Assembly: GCA_963833985.1 (NCBI GenBank)
Contig: CAWIAD010000002.1
Coordinates: 5,824,001-5,888,000, forward strand
Length of the DNA stretch: 64,000 nucleotides
Source of the DNA: an uncultured Planctomycetaceae bacterium
GTDB taxonomy: Bacteria > Planctomycetota > Planctomycetia > Isosphaerales > Isosphaeraceae
Reading direction: 5' to 3'
Under the pieces are notes generated by a model. That model did not search any database. It had not been told where the DNA came from and saw nothing but the letters and a program-made list of their open reading frames with translations. The translations under genes were made by a program, and so were the position numbers. Below are positions 24,255 to 34,910 of this stretch, piece after piece. Each line of letters starts with the position of its first letter. Within the stretch, counting starts at the first letter, position 1.

Positions 24255-25256
24255 CGGAAGCGAGGATCGCGCGTTCCCTTCATCGATCGAACCGTTCATC
24301 CAGGCCGGTGAGGTCGGTCAGTGCGAGCGGTCCGAAGGCTGAGGAGACTTTGACGGTGGGCGCGAGCTTGCAGGGTCAAGTTGCGATCGTCACGGGGGGC
24401 GGCTCGGGCATTGGCCGGGCCGCCTGCCTGGCCCTGGCACGCGCAGGTGCGCAGGTGCTCGCCGTGGGCCGCAACCGCGACCGGCTGGATGAGACCGTCG
24501 CCCTCATCGAGCAAGAGCCCGCGCCCTGCCCGGTCCGTGTGCGGGCGCTTCCTTGCGCTGCCGACGTGCGGGAGGAGGCCGGCGCCCGGGCCATGGCCGA
24601 TCGTGCGCTCGACTCGTTCGGGCGGATCGATATCCTGGTGTGCGCGGCCGGGATTCTACGGTCCGAGGGCGCTGCGGTTCGCCCCGTCGCCCGTCTGCCC
24701 TTGCAGGCCTGGAGCGAGGTGCTGGACATCAACCTGCGGGGCACGTTCCTGTGCAACCATGCTGTCCTTCCGGTGCTTCTTGCACAGCATTCCGGGAACA
24801 TCGTCAACCTGTCGTCCATGGCCGCCCAGCTCGGGTTCGCCTACGATGCCGCCTACTGCGCCTCGAAATGCGGGATCATCGGCTTCAGCGAGTCGCTGGC
24901 CCAGGAAGTCCAGTCGCGCGGGGTCCGCGTGCAGGTGCTGGTGCCCGGGGCATTCGCGACCGCGCTCATGCACCGGCGCTTCAACGGGGGGGAACAGGGC
25001 GGCACGGAAAACCCAATGCTCCGCCAGATCCCTCCCCCCGCGCGTGGGGGACATGATCGTCCATCTTGTGGCCATGGCGCCCGAGGTTCGCCTGGTGCGC
25101 CCCGTGATCACGCCACTGGTCTGGCCCACGGATACGGGCTGGCGGAGCCAGGGCTCGCGGAATATCGACCGGGACCAGGGCGGCGATGCGTTCTCGCAAC
25201 GAGCTTGCCACTCGAAAGACCGCCCTGCCATACTAGAGTGCCCTACGGAGCATCCC
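24251..25256 (+). CDS. SDR family oxidoreductase domain 1; frameshift near 25035; possibly fused to the next SDR
   Basis: TGGGSGIG, NLSS, YCASK. The true start may be 24350 or 24356, after GAGGAG. End coordinate is approximate. Confidence 0.8.
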
Positions 25257-26077
25257 ATGTCCGAGTATGCGCTGACATCATCGAGCAACCTGGACGGCCG
25301 CGTCGTCATCGTCACCGGCGGAACGGGCGGGCTGGGCCTGGCCACGTGCCGCGCGGCCGTTCTGGAAGGTGCCTCCGTGGTTGTCGCGGATCTGAGCGAC
25401 GAGCGGCTGGAGGCGGCCGTCCGCGAGCTGGGTTCCCTGTGCAAGCCAGGTGCCGGCGTCCTGTCCATGAGGGTCGACGTCCGCTCGGAGAGCGACACCG
25501 CGGCCATGGCCGAGAAGACCGTGGAGCGGTTCGGCCGGATCGATGCCCTGGTCGCCTGCGCGGGGATCCTCCGCAAGTGTGGCACCTCGCCCAAACCGGT
25601 GGTGTCCATGACCGTGGAAGAGTGGGATGAGATCCTGGGAGTGAACCTGAAGGGCATCTTCTTGACGAACCGCGCCGTGCTCCCACGGATGATCGAGCAG
25701 CGCGAGGGGACGATCATCAATGTCTCTTCAACGTCGGGCCTGACCGGCCGGGCGCATGACGGCGCTACTGCGCCTCCAAGTTCGGAGTCAACGGGCTGTC
25801 CAAGTCCATCGCCGACGAGGTACGAAGCTACGGTGTGAAGGTTCTGGCCATCATGCCCGACGCGATCGATACGCCGATGTGGGAACAGAACCACCCTGTC
25901 CCTCCCCCGGGCAACGCCTTACCGCCGGAGCATGTCGCCGACCTGATCCTGTTCTTGCTCAAGCAACCCAGGGATGTGGTTCTGTCCGACCCGGTGATCA
26001 TGCCGCTGGGAGTGCGCCGCCGCAAGCCGGCGGGCCGGCCGGCCCCGGACGTGAACTCCTCACACCTCCCCGCGTGA
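25257..26077 (+). CDS. SDR family oxidoreductase domain 2; frameshift near 25765
   Basis: TGGTGGLG and NVSS. YCASKFG is restored across the indel and continues into ORF 25835..26077. Confidence 0.82.
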
Positions 26078-26152
26078 TCGATCAATCCGGAGGGTTGGCA
26101 TTGTTGCTCAGCGACTCGTCCCTCCAGTACCCGGATGCAGAAGGTCACTCCC

Positions 26153-27238
26153 ATGTCCAAGATGCTTCTCGAGTTCCTGGTCGCAGCGCTCCTGTCGACC
26201 GTCGCCGGAGTCGTCTATTTCATGTTTTTTGACAACTTCATGGACCTCCAGAGTGCGGACGCCGCGCAGGTGTATCGGAAGAAAGCCCGAGAACGTTTGG
26301 CCCCGGAACCGGTCCAGCCCCGGGTGGGTCCCCGGCGGGGCATCCTGGGAGCTCAGCCGGCAAGGTCCAAGGTGGCGTCCGGCGACGATGAGCATTTTCT
26401 GAACCACGGCGGCCGTCAGCGCCGCTTCGTCGTACACCTGCCCAGAGGCTACGACGGCTCGAAAGTCCTGCCCGTGGTGCTCGCTTTCCATGGCGGGGGC
26501 GGCCGTGGCGAGTCCATCCAGCGGCAAAGCCAGCTCAGCCGCGTCTCTGATCAGCACGGCTTCATGGCGGTCTATCCGGACGGCACCGGACGGGCCAACC
26601 TGCTTACCTGGAACGCGGGGACCTGCTGCGGCCTTGCGGTCCGCCAGAACGTCGACGACGTCGGCTTCGTGCGGGCCATGGTCGATGAGCTGAACCGGCT
26701 TTACCACATTGATCGCAATCGCATCTTCGCGACGGGCATCAGCAACGGCGCCATGTTCTGCTACCGACTCGCGTGCGAGGCGTCTGACCTGCTCGCAGGC
26801 ATTGGCCCGGTTTCCGGAGACCAGGGTGTCGAAGGCCCGCGTCCGTCCCGCCCCGTCCCGATCGTTCACTTTCACGGGCTGAAAGACCCCAACTGCCCCT
26901 ACCTGGGCGGAGTGGGTCCCAACGCGGTGACCAAGGTCTGGCACCGTCCGATCCCGGAGACCATCGCTTTCTGGGTTCAGGCGAACCATTGCCAGCCCAA
27001 GCCGACGGTTTCCGCTGAGCCTGATTTCACCAAGGAGTCCTACAGTCCCGCGCCCGGACAGAAGGGCAGCCCGATCGTGCTCTACAAGCTGACCGAAGGC
27101 GGGCATACCTGGCCTGGCGGCGTCGATCTCACTCCCCGCCTGGGTACCGGCAAGCTGATCGCGAGCGTCGACGCCAGTACGCTCATGTGGAAATTCTTCG
27201 AATCCCTGCCTCCCCGCGAGGCCCTGGCGGCCCAGTGA
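26153..27238 (+). CDS. LpqC/PHB-depolymerase-family alpha/beta hydrolase with N-terminal membrane anchor
   Basis: LAFHGGGG, VYPDG, WNAGTCCG, DDVGF, GISNG nucleophile motif, HG.KD, GGHTWPG. Confidence 0.88.
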   Translation: MSKMLLEFLVAALLSTVAGVVYFMFFDNFMDLQSADAAQVYRKKARERLAPEPVQPRVGPRRGILGAQPARSKVASGDDEHFLNHGGRQRRFVVHLPRGYDGSKVLPVVLAFHGGGGRGESIQRQSQLSRVSDQHGFMAVYPDGTGRANLLTWNAGTCCGLAVRQNVDDVGFVRAMVDELNRLYHIDRNRIFATGISNGAMFCYRLACEASDLLAGIGPVSGDQGVEGPRPSRPVPIVHFHGLKDPNCPYLGGVGPNAVTKVWHRPIPETIAFWVQANHCQPKPTVSAEPDFTKESYSPAPGQKGSPIVLYKLTEGGHTWPGGVDLTPRLGTGKLIASVDASTLMWKFFESLPPREALAAQ

Positions 27239-27303
27239 GCAGCCGACCCTCGGCAAGCCGGCGCCAAGCTATCCCTGGTCCAGCGAGTGAAAGGCTCAGG
27301 TCC

Positions 27304-27885
27304 ATGACCCCGACGAACAACGAGCGGATCACAATTGTCTCCGGATTGCCCCGGTCGGGCACCTCCATGATGATGCGGATGCTTGAAGCCGGGGGAATTG
27401 CTCCGCTCGTGGACGCGGTCCGCGGCGCCGACGCGGACAATCCCAACGGCTACTACGAGTTCGAGCCGGTGCTCAAGCTGGAACGTGATTCGTCCTGGGT
27501 TCCCCAGGCGGCCGGCAAGTCGGTGAAGATCGTTTACCGACTGCTCTATCACCTCCCCGCAGCGTTTCATTACGACGTCATCTTCATGAAACGCGAGCTC
27601 AGAGAGGTGATTGCCTCGCAGGAGGTGATGCTCCAGAGGAAGGGGAAGATCTCCGGCGGCATCAGCGAGGAGAAGCTTGCCGAACTGTTCACCAAGGAGC
27701 TCAACCAGTTTTACAAGTGGATCGGCGAGCAATCCAACTTCCGCATGCTGCCGGTGAACTACAAGGAAGTCATCGACGAGCCTGCGAGAACGGCCTCTGA
27801 AGTCTGCCGCTTCCTCGACAAAGAACTCGATCAGGCCGCCATGGCCCGGGTTTGTGAACCGTCGCTGTACCGCCAGCGCCGCTAG
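27304..27885 (+). CDS. Sulfotransferase family protein
   Basis: PAPS-binding loop IVSGLPRSGTSMMM, plus NPNGYYE. Confidence 0.82.
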   Translation: MTPTNNERITIVSGLPRSGTSMMMRMLEAGGIAPLVDAVRGADADNPNGYYEFEPVLKLERDSSWVPQAAGKSVKIVYRLLYHLPAAFHYDVIFMKRELREVIASQEVMLQRKGKISGGISEEKLAELFTKELNQFYKWIGEQSNFRMLPVNYKEVIDEPARTASEVCRFLDKELDQAAMARVCEPSLYRQRR

Positions 27886-28012
27886 ACCGGGCCGTGTCTC
27901 GGTGCTGCGATGACTGGTTGCCGGTGATTCGTTTCCGACCCGCTTGTTGTGGAAAGCCACCGCAAAGTACAATGAACTTTTTGACACTTTTCCAAGCAAT
28001 GGCTGCAAGATC

Positions 28013-29408
28013 ATGATCCAGGTGAACGGAAATGGCCGCAGCAGTACGAGCCCCGGGGGCCGCGACAACGGCTCGAAGAGTGGGTCCGACTTGCTGCCCT
28101 CCTTCGCTCCGGTGATCAAGGATTTTGGTCAGTCGACGGCGGGCCACGTGACGCTGGCGAAGAGCCTTTATCTTCGCGGCCGACATCAGGAAGCGCTGGC
28201 GGCGCTCGAGTCGGCACTATGCGAGAACCCTGAGCTGGCCCAGGCGCACTTGCTGAAGGGCCTGGTCCTGGCGCAGCGGGCCGAATTCGAACGGGCCACG
28301 GAAAGCCTCACCTACGCAACCCGGCTGGACGAGTCGTCAGCCGACGCGTGGATGGGCCTGGCGTATGTCCGGCTCGAGCTCGAGCGGCTCGAGCCAGCGC
28401 TTGCGGCGGTCGTCCGGTCGGTCGCTCTTGACGAGAACAATGCGAACGCCCTGCTGCTACAGGGAAACATCCTGGCGGCGCTGGACGCGCCGTGGCGAAG
28501 CCATCGCCGCCTACCGCCGCGCCGTACGAGCCAATCCCCAGCTCTCCGTGGCTCGCTACAAGCTTGCGAACCTGCTGGCGGAGGCGGGCGAGAGCGATGA
28601 GGCCATCCGCCAGGCCATGGTGGCGCTGCGGCTCAATCCGGTGAGCAGCAACACGCGGCTGACTCTGGGCAATCTCTACCACCAGCTCGGACGCCTCGAC
28701 GACGCTCTCCAGGAGTTCAGGGCGGCCGCGCAGCTCGGGCAACTTGCTCCCCAGCAGGCACTCGGATACGAGAAGATGGGTCGGGTGTTCCAGGAAATGG
28801 GAGAGAAGGCCGGCGCCATGGCGATGTTCCAGACATCGCTACGGCTCAATCCCAAGGCCATCTTCTGCTATTTACACCTGGCGCGAATTCACCGCGGCGA
28901 CGGGCGCCTGGCCGAGGCACTGGAAATGTCGCAAGCGGCCGTCCAGCTCGATCCCCGCTTTCCTGAAGCCGTCACCTTGCTGGCCGAGCTTCGTGGGCTC
29001 TGCGGGGAGAACCCGCCGGCGTTGACTCACGCGCCCTTCGGGAGCGCTCGTTCCACCAACGGCCACGCCAGGCACTTGCCGGCAAACGGTGTGGCTCACG
29101 CCTTTGCGCCCCTCTCCGATCTGGCTGACGGCCCTGCCGTGGAATGCGCCGTTGTGGGCGAAGCTGAGGCGGATCTTGGCACTTACTCATGCACGACAGA
29201 CTCGGGGCTGACCTGCTCGGTCCATCCATTTTGTGTCACCATCGCGCCCCGCCCATCGAGCCATGTCAACTCGACGGTGGAACGAGATTGCGACTTCCCC
29301 GCAAATATCTCCCTGGTGGCGGCATGCGAGGGTGGCCCTGAACATGCAGCAAATCTCTACCGTGGCCAGACGAGCGGACAGGGGAACTGTCCCGCCCGGC
29401 CCGTTTGA
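28013..29408 (+). CDS. Tetratricopeptide repeat protein with Cys-rich tail; frameshift near 28490
   Basis: Successive TPR units (e.g. AYRRAVRANP, AMFQTSLRLNP) across ORFs 27944..28600 and 28365..29408. Confidence 0.8.
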
Positions 29409-29496
29409 GCACGAACGCGTCGTCGTAAGCGCTTCCAGGTCAGCGGACGTCTCCTGAATCCCGGATTGTTCGCAGCGGAGTTCCAGCGCTCATCCC

Positions 29497-31843
29497 ATGG
29501 CAAGCACAACCATCGATCGACCCAGGCTTCGCCCCGGACTGGAGATCTTGCGGATCGGTCCGCGAGAATTCGTCCTCCGCGACCGCCAGAGCGGTGCTCG
29601 GCTCCATGTGGGCGCCGAGGAGCGATACCTGCTGCACCTGATCGAGAGGTCACCGTCGCTGGATGCGATCTGCCGGGCCTTCGAGGCGAGATTTCACCGT
29701 CCGCTCGCCGCCCGCCATGTCCTTGAGTTCTGGGAGCAACTGCACCATCTTGGCCTCACGGACCTGGGCCCAGCGGCGAGTGAACGGGCAGGGCAACCAG
29801 GTCCGCCAGGCGCCGTCGAGCCGCTGCCGGCGCCGTCGGCTCCCCGCCCTCTCTCGAGTCAAGATCCGCATGCGAATCTGAACCTGCTCTTCGACCTGCT
29901 CGTCATGCTTTTCGGCTGGGTCTTCCATCCCATCTGGCTGGTGCCTGTGGTGACGGCAGCCGGGGCGGCGTCGATTGCACTGTACCTGAACTGGGACCGT
30001 TACGCTGGCGAGTTCACTTACGCCTTCCAGGTGGTCCCCAAGCTGCCGTTGCTCGTGTTCGAACTGGTCCAGACCATCGTTCTGGTCAGCTTCACCCGGA
30101 CCGTGCTGATGGCGATGGTTTGCCGCCGCTTCGGCGGCAGGATCACCCGGTTTGGATTCCGGCTCCTCGGCTACGTGGTGCCCACCTTCTACATCGAAAG
30201 CAACCTGTTCGAGGTGCTCACCGACGACCGCGGCAAGTGGACCTGGCTGGGCATCGACTTCTGGACGCGCATCAGCATTGGCTCGCTTGGCATCCTGGCC
30301 ATGTCGGCGAGTCGCCCCTACTCATTCCAGGCCCTGTTCTGGGCGGGGCTGATTGCCCCCTGTCTACTCGGTTTATTTTATCATATTATCATTTTTTATG
30401 AGCAAAGCAGTAGCTACTGGCTCTTGAGTTTCTACGCTGGAGACTACAACCTTCGGCCGCGCGCACTGGCCGAGACGCAGGCCTGGCTGGCCGGGAGAAC
30501 GTCGCCCGAGGCGCTCACCGAGAACGAGCGGTACTGGTTTCGCGCCTTCGGCCTGGGATTCTACGCGTATCGGGTGATTGTCGATACGCTCATATGGCTG
30601 TACCTCGGCCACTGGCTGATCACGAAGTACGAGAGAATCGGCGCACTGATCCTTGTCGCCGGAATCATCTGGGCCTACCGGGAGTCGATCAGGAGAGCAT
30701 TCATGAGCATCGAGAACTTCAGATGGTATGTGCGCACCGGCGGCAAGTGGCAGTTGCGCTGGGCAGCGCGGAGCGCTCCTGGCGGCCGTCGTGTGCCTTG
30801 GCTACATGCCCTGGGATTACGAGATCGTCGGCGAGTGCCGCGTCTTCCCGTCGGAGCAGTCTGGCGTGCGGGTGCGGCTTGAGGACGAGATCCAGTCGGT
30901 GTACGTTTCCGAGGGCGACCATGTCGAGGTCGGGACCGTGATCGCCAGGTTGAAAGGGGTCAAGGCGCGGTCCGACGTGAAGGTCCTGGAGGCGAAGCTG
31001 GCAGCCGCCAGGGCGAACCTGGACATGTACCGTAACGGGTACCGCCCCGAGGACATCAAGCTGGCCGCGGAACAAGTGGAGATTGACAGGCTCCAGTACG
31101 ATTTCGCCCTCAAGGACTGGGCCAGGACCGTGGATCTGGAGCGGAAGAACTGGGTGAGCGCCAAGGAGTCGGACCAGAAGATCCTCGCCCTGGGGGTTGC
31201 CCGCGAGACCCTGGTCGAGGGCAAGGAGAACTACTCCAAGTACCAGAAGGGCTACCGTGAGGAGGAGGTCCGCCAGGCGGAGGCCGACTACAAGAGCGTC
31301 GAGGAACAGCTCGACTACGCCCGGCATATGCTGTCGTGCACGCAGGTGGTCAGCCCGCTCAGGGGCCAGGTCGTCTCGGCCTACATGAAGGAGAAGGTCG
31401 GCCAGCCGACCAATGTCGGCGATCTCGTCGCCGTCATCGCCAACCCCGACAAGCTGTGCGCCGAGGTCGCCGCCGACGATGCAGCCGCGCTCACCGTGAA
31501 AGTGGGAATGCCGGTGAAGATCCGCCTTTACGGCACCTATGGAAGACTGATGACAGGCAAGGTCCGCAGGACGGCTCCCGCCGTGGAGCGGTACGGCAAG
31601 TTCGGCAATTCATCGGTTCGCAACGATCCCGAAACGAGCGCCGAGGAAGCGGCCAACTACAGGTATCGCAACCCTTATTACCACATGCGCGTCTATGTGG
31701 ATATGGATGAGATCCCCGACGGCTTGACCACCGAGATGACCGGCTACGCGCGCATCTTCGTCCAGGAAGACGTGCTCTGGCGAGCGCTCGCGCGACCCAT
31801 CGCGAAATTCCTTCAGACCGAGGTTTGGTCGTGGCTCCCCTGA
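29497..31843 (+). CDS. M50-like polytopic membrane domain with a small PqqD-like N-terminal domain, fused to a HlyD-type periplasmic adaptor; frameshift near 30770
   Basis: RPRLRPGL N-terminus, several TM segments, CRRFGG. Biotinyl-like VSEGDHVEVG, coiled coil (GYRPEDI/GYREEEV) and SPLRGQV lie in ORF 30728..31843. Confidence 0.72.
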
Positions 31844-31976
31844 GCCTCTGATCGGCCGTGGCGAAGCTCTGGCACGCCCGCCGGGCGCATCCGCCCGACT
31901 GGCGTGCCGATGGAAGACCCTGCCCTGCTGCGACACGCTCATCTCCGCCTGATCGCACCACGTGCATGCGAGCAGG

Positions 31977-32978
31977 TTACTTCGCTTTCCCGTGGTGCGA
32001 GACCTTGACGTGATGCTGCTTGGTCACTGGAGGGCTCAACTTCACGGTACTGGTCTGGAATTCTGACAGTGTGAACTGCTGGCAAAACCCCCAGATGAGC
32101 TGACTTGCGGGTACGGTCGTGATCAGGTTGCCTGTGCCCAAGCCGGCAGTCACATCCACGCCGCCCGGCCAGGTATGGCCGCCATTGGGCAAAGCGAAGA
32201 GCACAACGGGTGCGCCAGTCTTTCCCTTCGCCGGTGCGTAATCGTACTCCGTGTGGTCGGTCTCGACGTCAACCGCCACTGCCGCGGACTGGCAGTGGTC
32301 GGCCCGCTTCCACCAGTTGATCGTGTAGGCCACCCACGAGTAAGGTACCATCGGGTCCGCTTCTCCGTGAAAATGGATCACCGGAACTGGTCTCGGAGGG
32401 GGGGGTTCCGTGATCGCCAGCAGCCCGGAGACCGTCCCGATCGCCACGATCTCGCTCGAGAGCTCGATGCCGAGCCGGTGGCACATCGAGGCGCCATTGC
32501 TCATCCCCGTGGCGTAAATGCGGTTGGTGTCCACCGCCTCGTTTGAGGCCAGAACCCCGATGAGCGCGCGCACGAAGCCAACATCGTCGATCTTGTTGGT
32601 CGACGCATAGTTCTTGGCCCCTGGACCCGAGTTCCAGGAAAGCTGGTTGGTGGGCCCCGTGCCGTTGGGATAGACCATGATGAAGCCGTGCTGATCGGCC
32701 ACGTTGTTGAAGCCGCTCTGGAGCCGGAAGCTGACCGCACCCGGGCCCTGACCGTGGAAGCCAAGCATCAGCGGCAACTTCGTCGTGCCATAGTAATTCG
32801 GTGGCGTGTGCACCAGGTAGGTGCGCTGGCGACCGGCATATGTCAACGTGTACTGGGGATCTTTGTAAGTTTGCGCCTTTGCGCTTGTGCACCAGGAGGC
32901 AGTCACCAGAGTGGCCAGAAACCAGGCGGTGGCGTGGTTGGGCCAGGACCTTCTCGATCTCTGTATCATCGCATACAT
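31977..32978 (-). CDS. Secreted LpqC/PHB-depolymerase-family esterase (paralog 2)
   Basis: Signal peptide ending AKA; GFHG, VYPNG, DDVGF, GMSNG, HGEAD, GGHTWPG. Confidence 0.88.
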   Translation of the reverse strand: MYAMIQRSRRSWPNHATAWFLATLVTASWCTSAKAQTYKDPQYTLTYAGRQRTYLVHTPPNYYGTTKLPLMLGFHGQGPGAVSFRLQSGFNNVADQHGFIMVYPNGTGPTNQLSWNSGPGAKNYASTNKIDDVGFVRALIGVLASNEAVDTNRIYATGMSNGASMCHRLGIELSSEIVAIGTVSGLLAITEPPPPRPVPVIHFHGEADPMVPYSWVAYTINWWKRADHCQSAAVAVDVETDHTEYDYAPAKGKTGAPVVLFALPNGGHTWPGGVDVTAGLGTGNLITTVPASQLIWGFCQQFTLSEFQTSTVKLSPPVTKQHHVKVSHHGKAK

Positions 32979-33805
32979 TGCGGATTCCTCTTGAAATGCA
33001 ACGAGGTGTGGTTTCCAACACGTGGAAACGTCTGCTGCCTTGGCCCCGTGACCAAGCAACACGGTCATGTGCCAAGCATAGAACATGTCCTACCGGAGTC
33101 TGAGATGAAGTTCAAAGGAATTTAAAAAATGATCGAGTGATTTTACAGTCACCAAGGCATGCGTTGTCGGCTGCGAGGTGTTTTGATTCCATCCAGGCAG
33201 GATTTCAATCCGGTCATTGGGTGGGCCGCCGCCAGAACGGCTTGTTGCGGCCACATGGCGAGCCATTCCCAGGCATCTGGCTCATTGAGCACTCTAGTAC
33301 AATTTCCCATCGCCTCGTGCACTGTGAGTCGATGCATGAAGCTTGCGGGTGGCCTGTGCAGCCACGTGCACCAGCCACGCTTGGGCGGTCGCATCAAAAC
33401 ATCTGCCGCCGGTCGTAGCACCCGGGCCCACGCCGGACTTCCCGGTTGGCCGGGAGAAAGTTCGCAACGCCTGGAATCATCGCTCCATGCTGCCAGACGG
33501 AGGCTCGGTGGCTCAGTGCACGGTGGCCGAGCGACTGCCCCGAGACTCGATGGTTCCTCGACCGCGACGCTGTCAGCGGCGAATGCGCCGGGAAGCCCGT
33601 GCACACGCTCGGCCCTGACGGCAAATCCCAGCCCGGTCTGGATGCGGGTGGCAGCGACCGGTTCTTCCGGAACCTCACGGACGCGCGGACCTTGCGGGCG
33701 GCTCCTGGCCGAACCGCTGAGTGATTGTGGAGAACTCGAGACGCCGTTAGATTGATTGCGGTCCCGGCCTATCGCAGTGGCCCTTTGATTTGTGAGGCAT
33801 CGTCC

Positions 33806-34891
33806 ATGTCCATGAGACTCTTCGTTCGACTTGCCGCGACGAGCTGCGGCCTTGTCTTGCTGGCAGTCATGGCGGCAATTGCGCAAGACGCCGGCAAGCC
33901 TGTGTTCCACTCACTGGCCGAACTGGACGCTCACTACAAGCAGCGGGCGAGTGAACTCGATCGCAGCAAGGTCCTCGATCTGGCAGACCTTGCGGAACGA
34001 TCGGCCGGTCTGGAGGCGGAGGCGGCCTATCGAGAGGTCTTCGACCTGGCCATCACCCGAGGTTTCTTCAAATCGGCCGAGCCGGCCGCACGCGCTTACC
34101 TGTCGCATCACGGGGGGGCGCCACAGTCCCAGGCGCTCGCGGCGATGATCTCGCTGATTGCCCAGGCAGATCGCGGAGAATACGACCAGTCGCTTGCCGA
34201 CCTGGAAGCGTTCCTCAAGAGCCGCGCAGCCGCCCAGATACCGGAGGAACAGAGACTCCCTCCGCAGCTTCTCTTCGCCGTGGGCGAAGCCTATCTTCAA
34301 AGGCTGTTTCAGGGGGGGCGTTACGACATCGCCCGCAAGGTCTGCCGGCTCGCGATTGAGAACCGGTCCCATCCCGCCATCAAGGCTCACTTCGAGGATC
34401 GCCAGGCGCGGCTGGACATGATCGGCAAGCCCGCGCCCGGCATCGACGGGAGCGACGTCGACGGCAGACCGGTCCGCCTCGCCGACCTCAAGGGGAAGGT
34501 CGTCCTGGTCGATTTCTGGGCCACATGGTGCCCTCCCTGCGTCGCTTCCTTTCCGGCCCTGCGGCAGCTTTCCCACGACTTTGGGGATCGGGGTTTCGCC
34601 ATACTCGGGGTGAATCTCGACGACCTGGCCCGACAGGAATCCGGCCAACCGGCGGCCAGGGCCGAGCCCGCCGTCGCCGAGGTCCGGTCGTTCCTCTTGG
34701 CGCAACGAGCAGGCTGGATCAACCTTGTCGGGCCGGGGGCCATTGCCGCGGCCAGGGCATACGCAGTCAAGGACATCCCGGCCAGTTTCCTGGTCGACCG
34801 CGACGGGAAAATCGTCCACATCGAGCTCGAGCAGCCGGCCCTCGCCAGGACGCTTGGCAAGATGCTGGGAGCACCGGCGAGCAACCCCTGA
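33806..34891 (+). CDS. TlpA/redoxin family thiol-disulfide oxidoreductase with helical N-terminal domain
   Basis: Signal peptide; KGKVVLVDFWATWCPPC; IPASFLVDRDG. Confidence 0.9.
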   Translation: MSMRLFVRLAATSCGLVLLAVMAAIAQDAGKPVFHSLAELDAHYKQRASELDRSKVLDLADLAERSAGLEAEAAYREVFDLAITRGFFKSAEPAARAYLSHHGGAPQSQALAAMISLIAQADRGEYDQSLADLEAFLKSRAAAQIPEEQRLPPQLLFAVGEAYLQRLFQGGRYDIARKVCRLAIENRSHPAIKAHFEDRQARLDMIGKPAPGIDGSDVDGRPVRLADLKGKVVLVDFWATWCPPCVASFPALRQLSHDFGDRGFAILGVNLDDLARQESGQPAARAEPAVAEVRSFLLAQRAGWINLVGPGAIAAARAYAVKDIPASFLVDRDGKIVHIELEQPALARTLGKMLGAPASNP

Positions 34892-34910
34892 AAGGAAGAG
34901 ACCCTCAGCC

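Noticed and set aside
33100..33800. ORFs 33149..33910- and 33159..33755+
   Set aside because: No motifs and shadow-like composition; probably a divergent promoter region.
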